Assembly (NCBI GenBank): GCA_937944855.1
Contig: CALFAY010000003.1
Span: 64,470-128,469 of the forward strand
DNA from: an uncultured Planctomycetota bacterium
Lineage (GTDB): Bacteria; Planctomycetota; Planctomycetia; Gemmatales; HRBIN36
Direction: 5' to 3'
Length of the DNA: 64,000 bases
Shown piece by piece: positions 37,236-45,356 of this stretch (positions within the stretch are counted from its first letter, which is position 1; each line of letters starts with the position of its first letter). The notes under the pieces were generated by a model, which saw only the letters and a program-made list of their open reading frames with translations, searched no databases and had not been told where the DNA came from. The position numbers were made by a program, and so were the translations under genes.

Positions 37236-38591
37236 ATGACTGCGAATTCCCAAGGCGACACGCGACGCGCGTTTCTCAAGACGACGACGGCTGCGGCCAT
37301 TGGAGCGGCGGTCAGCGGACTGGGGTGGGTTCCGCCGGTCCATGCCGACGGCAGCGACAGCATCAAGGTCGGCATCATCGGCTGCGGCGGTCGTGGCTCC
37401 GGCGCGGGAGAGAACGTCCTCCAGGCCGCCAAGGGGGTCGAGATCGTCGCCCTGGGCGACTATTTTGAGAGCAACGCTTACGCCCTCAAGGACCGGCTCC
37501 GGGCGTTCGCCGAGGAAGATGCCAAGGTCAAGGAACTGGGCAATAAGTGCGTCGATCCGGCCGTGTACAGCGGTCTGGACGCTTACAAGAAGGTGATCGA
37601 CACCCCGGGTCTCAACTATGTGATACTGGCCACGCCGCCGGGCTTCCGACCGCTGCACATCCAGGCTGCGGTCGCCGCCGGCAAGCACGTCTTCACGGAA
37701 AAGCCGGTGGCCGTGGACGGGCCGGGCGTCCGCACCTGCTTCGCCGTTTACGAGGAGGCCCAGAAGAAGGGCCTGGGCATCGCATCCGGCACGCAGCGGC
37801 GGCACCAGGCGACCTACATCGAAATGGCCAAGATGCTGCACGATGGCAAGATCGGCGACATCGTCGCGGGCCGCTGCTACTGGAACAACACTGGCGACAT
37901 CTGGTTCCGCCGCCGCAAGCCGGGCATGAACGACCTCGATTATCAGATTTACAATTGGTACCACTTCCTGTGGCTGTGCGGCGATCACATCGTCGAGCAG
38001 CACGTCCACAACATTGACGTCATCAACTGGTTCCTGCGAGCCCGTCCGCTGCGGGCCTTGGGCATGGGCGGGCGCGTGGCTCCGTGCAACAATCCCAATG
38101 AAGACGGCAACAAGTACAACTTTTTCTCCGTGGAATTCGAGTATCCCAACGGCGTGCGGGTCCAAAGCATGTGCCGCCAGTGCCCGAACGTGGACGGCAA
38201 CTTCCCCGGGGTCAGCGGCGTCTCGGAAGCGGTGGTCGGGACCAAAGGCACCTGCTACACGACCGACGGCCGACGGCCCACTGACTACCTCATCAACGGC
38301 CAGCCAGCCCTCGACCGCGACTTGGTCCGCAACTTCCCAAATCCGTATGTTCAGGAACACACGAACCTGATCGAAAGCATTCGCGCCGGCAAGCCGATCA
38401 ACGAATTGAAGAATGTCACCGAGAGCACCTTGGCCGCGATTATGGGGCGCATGTCGGCTTATACCGGCAAGGTCGTGACCTGGGAGCGGGCCCTCAATTC
38501 CAAGGAAAAAACGATGCCGGAGCGGCTCGATCCCAGCAGCGTCGTCCCGGTGCCGCCCGTGCCGGTTCCCGGCAAGACGCCGCTGGTGTGA
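37236..38591 (+). CDS. Gfo/Idh/MocA-family oxidoreductase with Tat signal
   Basis: TRRAFLKTTTAAAIGAAV twin-arginine leader. IKVGIIGCGGRGSG Rossmann motif. EKPVAVD. Confidence 0.9.
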   Translation: MTANSQGDTRRAFLKTTTAAAIGAAVSGLGWVPPVHADGSDSIKVGIIGCGGRGSGAGENVLQAAKGVEIVALGDYFESNAYALKDRLRAFAEEDAKVKELGNKCVDPAVYSGLDAYKKVIDTPGLNYVILATPPGFRPLHIQAAVAAGKHVFTEKPVAVDGPGVRTCFAVYEEAQKKGLGIASGTQRRHQATYIEMAKMLHDGKIGDIVAGRCYWNNTGDIWFRRRKPGMNDLDYQIYNWYHFLWLCGDHIVEQHVHNIDVINWFLRARPLRALGMGGRVAPCNNPNEDGNKYNFFSVEFEYPNGVRVQSMCRQCPNVDGNFPGVSGVSEAVVGTKGTCYTTDGRRPTDYLINGQPALDRDLVRNFPNPYVQEHTNLIESIRAGKPINELKNVTESTLAAIMGRMSAYTGKVVTWERALNSKEKTMPERLDPSSVVPVPPVPVPGKTPLV

Positions 38592-38772
38592 TCGCAGCGA
38601 GAACTTTTCATCCGCACAAAGGGCCGGCAGACGCCGAGCCGCCCCTGGCTGCGTTTCGCCGATGCGGCTGCGGCATCCGCCCAAAAAATTGCTGTGTTAG
38701 ATGGGCATGTGGCCTGACAGAAATTCGCCCTGATGCAAGTTCCTAATTGTGTCAAAAGGAGGTTGAGACTCT

Positions 38773-39876
38773 GTGCCTAAGGCGATGATCTTCATTGACG
38801 GGACGTGGTTGTACTCCAACACTCCGAAACTGGCGGAGACCTACAGCAAACCGGACTATCATGTGGACTTCGGCAAACTGCCCCGCGTCCTGGCTCAGCA
38901 GGTGTCGGAGCAGATGGGCGGCAGCGAGGTGGACGTGGTGCGGACCTACCTGTTCGGCAGTTATGCCACCAATTACGCATCCCAGGATGAGGAAGCCGTC
39001 CAACGCCGCCTCGACTTCTACTCCATGCTCAAAGAGGAGTACCATTACGAAGTCGAAACCTTTCCGATCAACTTCCGTGGCCGCCGCCTTCGCCGGGCCG
39101 ACCGCGACCCCTACGACACGTTCGAACCTAAGGAAAAGTGCGTGGACATCGCCCTGGCTGCGTCGATCCTGTTCTACGCCGCCATTCCTTACGCCTTCGA
39201 CATCGCCATCTGCGTGCTGGGCGACCAGGACTTCAAGCCGGTGCTCCAGTACGCGCGCCGGCTCGGCAAACGCATTGCCATCGTCAGCATCAAGGGCAGT
39301 TGCGCTCCGGAGTTCGCCGACTATCGGGACGAAGCCCGCGTCAAGGACTTCGACACGATCTGGCTCGATGATCTCGTCGATCAGCTGGAATTGAAGTACG
39401 AGAAGCATCAGTTGCGCTGCGAGTCGCCCAACCACGTCGGCGACCGCATGGTCTGGACGACCTTCCATCCCCGCAAGGGCCAGCGTTTCTACTGCGACGA
39501 GTGCCGGGCCGCCTTCGCCCGTCAGAGTCAGCAGGCCGAGGAAGAGGCCGTGGGTCGGCCCGTCCAGTCCGCGACTTTTTCCTCGACTTCCGCTCCCGTC
39601 GTCCTCACCGGCGAACTGAAGAAGAAAGTCGCCGACCGCGGCTACGGCTTCATCCAGGCCAGCGACGGCAAGGACTACTTCTTCCACCTCTCCGACCTCG
39701 AAGACGGTCTCGACTTCGACACGCTGGAGGAAGGTTTCCCGCTCCGCTTCGAGGTCCGGCGGGAACCGACCGTCGAGAAGGCCGGAGCGGCCATGCACGT
39801 CCGCCGGGCTAACAGCGAAACGAGAGCGCAGCGTTTTCAGGGCTACAGCGACCGCGATTCCTGGGGCAACCGTTGA
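38773..39876 (+). CDS. NYN (LabA-like) nuclease domain / zinc-ribbon / cold-shock domain fusion protein
   Basis: AGGAGG lies 10 nt upstream of the GTG at 38773. IFIDGTWLY...EKCVDIALAASIL...ICVLGDQDFKPVLQYARRLGKRIAIVS is the NYN pattern. C..(H)...C..C segment RCESPNHVGD...FYCDECRAAF. C-terminal GELKKKVADRGYGFIQASDGKDYFFHLSDL is CSD-like. Confidence 0.8.
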   Translation: MPKAMIFIDGTWLYSNTPKLAETYSKPDYHVDFGKLPRVLAQQVSEQMGGSEVDVVRTYLFGSYATNYASQDEEAVQRRLDFYSMLKEEYHYEVETFPINFRGRRLRRADRDPYDTFEPKEKCVDIALAASILFYAAIPYAFDIAICVLGDQDFKPVLQYARRLGKRIAIVSIKGSCAPEFADYRDEARVKDFDTIWLDDLVDQLELKYEKHQLRCESPNHVGDRMVWTTFHPRKGQRFYCDECRAAFARQSQQAEEEAVGRPVQSATFSSTSAPVVLTGELKKKVADRGYGFIQASDGKDYFFHLSDLEDGLDFDTLEEGFPLRFEVRREPTVEKAGAAMHVRRANSETRAQRFQGYSDRDSWGNR

Positions 39877-39895
39877 GGGAGGCAGAGCAACCCCC

Positions 39896-40732
39896 ATGTT
39901 CATCCTCTCCGCCTTCGCCGACGAAATCGACCCTGACCCTGACGTGCAACTCGACGTGCTGGAGCGATGCGGCGTCCGGCACATCGAGCTTCGCTCGGCA
40001 TGGAAAACGAACGTCCTGGATCTTTCGGATGAACAGGTGGCGGACCTCAAACGCCGTTTCGACGCCCGCGGCCTTCGGCTCAGTGCCATCGGCTCGCCCA
40101 TCGGCAAGATCAAGATCACCGATCCCTTCGAGCCGCATCTGGCTCGCTTCCGCCGGGCCGTGGACCTGTGCAGGGTCTTCGACACGCCGAACATCCGCCT
40201 GTTCAGTTACTACCCGCCCGACGACGACGAGTGGGATCACTGCAAGGACCAGTACCGCGACGAAGTCCTGCGGCGGATGCGGATCAAGATCGATCTGGCC
40301 GCCCAAGCCGGCATCCGCCTCCTGCACGAGAACGAATACCGCATTTACGGCCAACCCCCGGATCGGGTCGTCGATCTGCTGACCAGCCTGAACAGTCCGC
40401 ATTTCCAGGCCATCTGCGATCCGGCCAACTACGTTCATGGCGGTCATGACCCGTGGGAAGGCTGGCAGAAAACCAAAGCCTGGACCGTCCATTTCCACAT
40501 CAAGGATTGGGTTCACGGCGAGCACCGCGGTCGGGTGGCCGGGGAAGGACACGGCCGCATCGCCGACATTCTGGCCGACGCTCACCGCTCGGGTTTCAAC
40601 GGCTTCGCCACTCTCGAGCCGCATCTGCTTGGAGGCGGACCGACCGGCGGGGTCACGGGACCGGAACAGTTTCCCAAAGCGGTGGCCGCTTTGACGCAGA
40701 TCCTTGACCGAATCGGGGCTTCGTACACTTGA
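39896..40732 (+). CDS. sugar phosphate isomerase/epimerase (xylose isomerase-like TIM barrel)
   Basis: FADEIDPDPDVQLDVLERCGVRHIELR...IRLLHENE...HIKD pattern. Confidence 0.8.
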   Translation: MFILSAFADEIDPDPDVQLDVLERCGVRHIELRSAWKTNVLDLSDEQVADLKRRFDARGLRLSAIGSPIGKIKITDPFEPHLARFRRAVDLCRVFDTPNIRLFSYYPPDDDEWDHCKDQYRDEVLRRMRIKIDLAAQAGIRLLHENEYRIYGQPPDRVVDLLTSLNSPHFQAICDPANYVHGGHDPWEGWQKTKAWTVHFHIKDWVHGEHRGRVAGEGHGRIADILADAHRSGFNGFATLEPHLLGGGPTGGVTGPEQFPKAVAALTQILDRIGASYT

Positions 40733-40742
40733 GGTGAGTGCG

Positions 40743-41894
40743 ATGGTGGGGCGGGAAGTGGATCGTCGGGCTTTTCTGGGGGTGGCCGCGGCATCGCTGC
40801 TGGCTTCCCGGTCCTGGAGCCAGGATTCCAACAGCCCGTCGCCTCCTTCCCGAATCGTCCGCGAATTCGAGCCTCAGAACCTGGAATCGCCGCTCAGCGT
40901 CATCGAGCAGGCCATCACGCCCACCGCCCTGCATTTCGTCCGGGGCCACTTCCCGACGCCGCGGCTCAACGCCGAAACCTGGCGGTTGTGGATCGAAGGT
41001 GCGGTTTCCCGGCCGATGGAGCTTGACCTGGCATCCTTGCAGCGTCTTCCCGTGGTGGAACGGGCCGTCACCCTCGAATGCGCCGGCAACGGACGGGTCT
41101 TCCTCACGCCGACCGAACGGGGTTTGCAGTGGGACCAGGGCGCGGTCGGCACCGCGAAATGGGCCGGCGTACCGCTGTCGGTAGTGCTGGAGCGGGCCGG
41201 TTTGAAAGCGGAGGCGGTCGAGGTTGTGCTTGAAGGGGCCGATGTCGGCGAGGTTCGTGATCCCAAATCGCCTGGACCCATCGCTTTCGCCCGCAGCGTT
41301 CCTGTGCAAAAAGCCCGCTCCGACGAGGTTCTTCTGGCTTATGCCATGAACGGCGAGCCGCTGCCGGTCGCCCACGGCTTTCCCCTGCGGGCCGTCGTGG
41401 CCGGCTGGTACGGCATGGCGTCCATCAAGTGGCTGAAGCGGATCGTGGTCACGGATCGGCCGTTTCACGGTTTTTACCAGATGTTCGACTACTCCTACTG
41501 GGATCGTTCCGACGGCGTGCCGACGCTGCGGCCGATCACCCGGATGCAGGCCAAAGCGGTCATCTCGCGCCCTGTTCGCGGGCAGCGCATCGCCGCTGGA
41601 AGCACCACGGAAATCCGGGGGGCGGCCTGGGCCGGTGAAGAGAAGATCGCCAAGGTCGAGGTTAGCACGGATGAGGGCAAGACCTGGCAGCACGCCGCCC
41701 TGGCATCCAGACCGGAACGGTTCGTCTGGACGCAGTGGCACTACCGCTGGCAGGCGCCGAATCAGCCGGGACCGGTCAAGCTGCTGGCCCGCGCCACCGA
41801 CGACGCCGGGCGGACCCAGCCCCTGCACCGCAACCCCGACTTCCGTTCCTACATGATCCACCACCTCATCCCGGTCGAGGTCGTGGTTCGCTGA
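40743..41894 (+). CDS. sulfite-oxidase-family molybdopterin oxidoreductase with Tat signal
   Basis: DRRAFLGVAAASLLA leader. HFVRGHFPTP...LECAGNGR (Mo-ligand Cys context)...FPLRAVVAGWYGMASIKWLKRI. Confidence 0.9.
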   Translation: MVGREVDRRAFLGVAAASLLASRSWSQDSNSPSPPSRIVREFEPQNLESPLSVIEQAITPTALHFVRGHFPTPRLNAETWRLWIEGAVSRPMELDLASLQRLPVVERAVTLECAGNGRVFLTPTERGLQWDQGAVGTAKWAGVPLSVVLERAGLKAEAVEVVLEGADVGEVRDPKSPGPIAFARSVPVQKARSDEVLLAYAMNGEPLPVAHGFPLRAVVAGWYGMASIKWLKRIVVTDRPFHGFYQMFDYSYWDRSDGVPTLRPITRMQAKAVISRPVRGQRIAAGSTTEIRGAAWAGEEKIAKVEVSTDEGKTWQHAALASRPERFVWTQWHYRWQAPNQPGPVKLLARATDDAGRTQPLHRNPDFRSYMIHHLIPVEVVVR

Positions 41895-41897
41895 CGG

Positions 41898-42650
41898 TCA
41901 ATCTCCCGCATAGATGGTCCGTCCCCCATCCACCGGAAGGCACACGCCCGTGAGGAAGTCGTTGTCCAGGAAGAACAGAACGGTTTGAACAATATGCTCC
42001 GGATTGCCTTCGCGCTTGACGAGGGTAGCCCGGACGACCTCTGCCCGCTCCTGCGGCGTCATGTCTTCGGGGAGCATCACCGGGCCGGGTAGGATGCAGT
42101 TGACGCGAACTTTCGGATTGCGAGTTCCCAATTCGACGGCCAAGCTGCGGGTCAAAGCCGGGATCGCACCTTTGGACGGAAAATACGCGGCATAATCGAG
42201 GTAGGGGCGGACGACGGCCCAGTCGCCGATGGTGATGATGTTCCCGCCGCTGGCTTGAGCGACCATGCGTAAACCGACCGTTCGAGAACAGACGAACGTG
42301 CCCACGGTGTTGATTTCTAGATGGCGGCGAAGATCGGCAGCCGTGATCTCTTCCAGGCGTTTGCGTTCCCAGATGGCGGCGGTGTTGACGAGCACATCGA
42401 CCCGGCCGAAGCGGTCCACGATCTGGGCCGCCATGCGTTCCACGGCCGACTCATCGCTCAAGTCCGCCTGGAAAGCTGCGGCTTGAAAGCCTTGCTGCGT
42501 GAGCAGAGCGACGTTCTCTTGCGCCTCGCTTGCCGACCGATTGTAGTGGATGGCCACGGCGTAGCCCCGCCGGGCCAGGGCCTGCACGACATGCCAGCCG
42601 ATCCGCTTCCGTCCCGCCCCAGTGACCAGCGCAGTATGCGTGTCCGACAC
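41898..42650 (-). CDS. short-chain dehydrogenase/reductase (SDR)
   Basis: ALVTGAGRKRIG glycine motif, NTAA, YAAYFPSKGA (YxxxK). Confidence 0.85.
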   Translation of the reverse strand: MSDTHTALVTGAGRKRIGWHVVQALARRGYAVAIHYNRSASEAQENVALLTQQGFQAAAFQADLSDESAVERMAAQIVDRFGRVDVLVNTAAIWERKRLEEITAADLRRHLEINTVGTFVCSRTVGLRMVAQASGGNIITIGDWAVVRPYLDYAAYFPSKGAIPALTRSLAVELGTRNPKVRVNCILPGPVMLPEDMTPQERAEVVRATLVKREGNPEHIVQTVLFFLDNDFLTGVCLPVDGGRTIYAGD

Positions 42651-42735
42651 CGATGGTCTCCTGCTGTACTCTCAGCCGAAATCCAAAAGCATTGTAGCAC
42701 GTCGCGCGGATCAGCTTCCCGGAATCGCACGGCAG

Positions 42736-45105
42736 TTAGAATCGGACCTCGACCCCGACGGTCCAGGTGAAGCCCGGCTCCCGGACGAAACCCAGGGTGC
42801 GGGTCAGGGGGTTGGCGATGACCAGCGATCCAAGCTCAGCATAGTCTCTATCAAAGAGGTTTTCGATGCTGGTCCTGAAGCGCAGCGAGTCATTCCACTG
42901 ATAATAGCCGTAGATGTTAAAGACCGTAAAACCTGGCGTCGTTAATTCACCTAGACTATCCGCAACATAGTACTGTCCATTGACCATGCGGGTGACACAC
43001 TCGATGCTCCATCGGCCCTGACCATCCTTCTCCGCAGGGTCGAAGATTCGCACGCCGATCTGCCCATTGAGCGGATAGATGTTCGGAAGCGCCTCGGCCC
43101 CTTTGACCGGCACATAAACCCGTAAGGCCTCGATAAAACGAATGGGGTCATGGTTGGTGCCCTTGACGTAAGCGAGCGATCCATTGAGGCCAAGCCAACG
43201 GCAAAGTCTGATCTCCCCAGCGAGTTCTCCCCCGTAAAAACTTGCGCGATTGATATTTGTATATTGATAGGCAAGCTGATGCGTGGAGGCAGCCAGATTG
43301 ACATTCGGCTCGTTGGCGAACGGGCGAAAGGCGGAAATGTCCCGCTGAAGGTTCGTGATAGCGTCCACTCCCAAAGGCACGCCGTCGCCGAACGTGGACG
43401 GTACGGCGAGAATGTAGTCGTACACTGTTGCATAAAACGCCGCGGCCGAGAAGTTAAAGGCCTCCCACTCCCCGCGCACGCCAAGATCGCATTGCAGGTT
43501 GGTCTCGGGAATCAAGCGGGAATTGCCATCCACAAAACTGTTTCCGAAACGGCCCAGGGGCACATACGGTTCATCGCTGTACAGCTCGGCGATGTTCGGC
43601 ATCCGTTGCGCCATGCCGACCGAGGCGCTAAGGGTCCAATGATCGGCCGGTTTCACCTCGGACGTTGCGTATAACATGCCGAGCACATTTGCAGGTTGCT
43701 CGAAGCCCGGCCGGTAGCCTCCGATGAAGTCCGACCGAAGTACGACAATATCGTCTCGGTCGATATAGCTTGTCACATAGTCGAGGCGGCCGCCTAGGGT
43801 GAGCTTTAGTGCAGGATCGACAGGGAATGCCCAGTGGGCCAAAACCCCTATGTCTTCCTGGCTGGCGCAGGGAATGCCGAAGAAGTCTCCACCAAAGCCG
43901 ATTTCGCCGTCGGCTCGGATATTGACCTCCTGATAACGCTGAGCATAACGCCGCCAGTCCAGGCCGACTGTCAGTTGGGGAGTGCAGCGCTCTCCCAGCG
44001 TCGCCAGGGCACGAAAGCCGCTGGATTCGGAAACGCCGTTGGAAAGCAGGGTTCCGCCGGTTAACGCCGGCACGGCTTCCCAAATCAAAAACGCGCTAAA
44101 GGATTGCTGCTTGGCAAGGCGGCTCGAATCGCCATCATAACGGGTGCGAGCATGCCAGAATTGTAATACCAGTTGCTCCGGACCGGAAGGGTCAGCCTGA
44201 CGTACCAAGCGGACATTGAACTGATCGGTCTCCTGCCCATTGATGTCATAAGCAACGCCGGGCAGTTCAACATTGTAAAGATTAAGCCTGAGATAATTGA
44301 AATCCACGCGGTGGCAGGACGTCAAATCCTGCGAATAGGCGAAGTAAACGTCGTCCTGGCGGTAGGAGGCGGGGATGCGCAACTGACCGGGATCGCCGCC
44401 GGAGCGATAGTCCTCACCGGTCCGCAAACCATAGCTGACATCGAAGCCCCAATCGGCATCGCCGCCCCACAGCCGCTCCCGGTTATAGATTTGTCGTCCG
44501 TTGTTGGCGAACCAGAAATTCAAGGATCCGTGGAACTCCGATCCGTGCTGGTAGCGTTGCGGGGCGACCAGCTCTGCCCGCAGGAAAGCGAAACCGGGTC
44601 CGTACAGGGAAGTGTAGGGGCCGGCGATTATTTCCAGACTCTGCACATTGCCCGGGTCGATTTGGCTGAATTGGGAATCAATGTCGATGCGGGTCTTTAA
44701 TTGGGTCATGCCGTTGGCGTTCGCGTTGATCTGGCTTGGGTTGAAGCCGCGCACTCGCGGATCGAGATTGATGGCCGAGGTTCGACGCACGGAAACGCTG
44801 GGGGCCCGTTCCAGAAGTTCTCCCGTCGTGGTAACAGAAGCGGCGTCGCTTCCCGGCAGCATGGTGCTGCCAGAAGTGGTTGGCGTGGCGGAGACGGATC
44901 CACGCGTTGCCGGGGCCGCAGGCACGTTAAGCAGTTGCTCCAGATTCAGTTCGCCCAAGTCCGGCTGTCGACTTTGGGGCGCGGGTGCCGCAGGCCGTTC
45001 GGAGTCTGGAGTCGCTTCCGGAGGCTGGCCCAACCCCGGACCTGCCAGGATGAGCAGGACCACAGCCGATTGTGCAGCCATGCGCAGCAGGCTTGGGCAG
45101 CGCAT
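42736..45105 (-). CDS. TonB-dependent-receptor-like outer-membrane protein
   Basis: Signal peptide. Plug-like ERAPSVSVRRTSAINLDPRVRGFNPSQI...IEIIAGPYTSLYGPG. Long beta-barrel ending ...FTWTVGVEVRF. Visibly AT-richer than neighbouring genes. Confidence 0.8.
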   Translation of the reverse strand: MRCPSLLRMAAQSAVVLLILAGPGLGQPPEATPDSERPAAPAPQSRQPDLGELNLEQLLNVPAAPATRGSVSATPTTSGSTMLPGSDAASVTTTGELLERAPSVSVRRTSAINLDPRVRGFNPSQINANANGMTQLKTRIDIDSQFSQIDPGNVQSLEIIAGPYTSLYGPGFAFLRAELVAPQRYQHGSEFHGSLNFWFANNGRQIYNRERLWGGDADWGFDVSYGLRTGEDYRSGGDPGQLRIPASYRQDDVYFAYSQDLTSCHRVDFNYLRLNLYNVELPGVAYDINGQETDQFNVRLVRQADPSGPEQLVLQFWHARTRYDGDSSRLAKQQSFSAFLIWEAVPALTGGTLLSNGVSESSGFRALATLGERCTPQLTVGLDWRRYAQRYQEVNIRADGEIGFGGDFFGIPCASQEDIGVLAHWAFPVDPALKLTLGGRLDYVTSYIDRDDIVVLRSDFIGGYRPGFEQPANVLGMLYATSEVKPADHWTLSASVGMAQRMPNIAELYSDEPYVPLGRFGNSFVDGNSRLIPETNLQCDLGVRGEWEAFNFSAAAFYATVYDYILAVPSTFGDGVPLGVDAITNLQRDISAFRPFANEPNVNLAASTHQLAYQYTNINRASFYGGELAGEIRLCRWLGLNGSLAYVKGTNHDPIRFIEALRVYVPVKGAEALPNIYPLNGQIGVRIFDPAEKDGQGRWSIECVTRMVNGQYYVADSLGELTTPGFTVFNIYGYYQWNDSLRFRTSIENLFDRDYAELGSLVIANPLTRTLGFVREPGFTWTVGVEVRF

Positions 45106-45285
45106 CCGTTACGCTCCAGGAGGAAAGTCGGGATCTCATAAATCCCTGCCATTTGTATCGGAATACTGGGTCGGGCCGTAATGAAAGGTTCACCTGGCCG
45201 GTTCAGCAGATGGAAGGCTGCACTTCATGCCCTAGGAAAACGTCGTACTTTCCGCATGGTTACCCATCCGTCACATCCGACAGGA

Positions 45286-45330
45286 CCAGAAAAGGACGCA
45301 GACCAGGCACAAAGCACCGCCTGGTCTGCG
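45286..45330 (-). terminator. intrinsic terminator downstream of the RTX-repeat gene
   Basis: Perfect 11-bp inverted repeat CGCAGACCAGG (45297-45307) / CCTGGTCTGCG (45320-45330) with a 12-nt loop. On the minus strand it is followed by UCCUUUUCUGG. Confidence 0.6.
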
Positions 45331-45356
45331 GAGTTTACGGTCTTTCCAGAACCTGT

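Noticed and set aside
45119-45132. GGAGGAAAGTCGGG resembles the conserved GAGGAAAGUCCGGGC core of RNase P RNA.
   Set aside because: It is an isolated 13-nt similarity. The surrounding 250 nt lack the other conserved RNase P blocks (e.g. GGUAAGGGUGAAA, ACAGAAxCCGGCUUA) and are too short for the RNA.
45106-45356. Possible cobalamin or TPP riboswitch in the leader of the TonB-dependent-receptor-like gene (minus strand).
   Set aside because: I read the reverse complement and found no B12 box (AGCCxGGAGACCUGCC-like) and no TPP CUGAGA...ACCUGAUCUGGAUAAUGCCAGCG core. Only a short GGUGAACC and a UGAGA were present. An Infernal scan would be needed for certainty.
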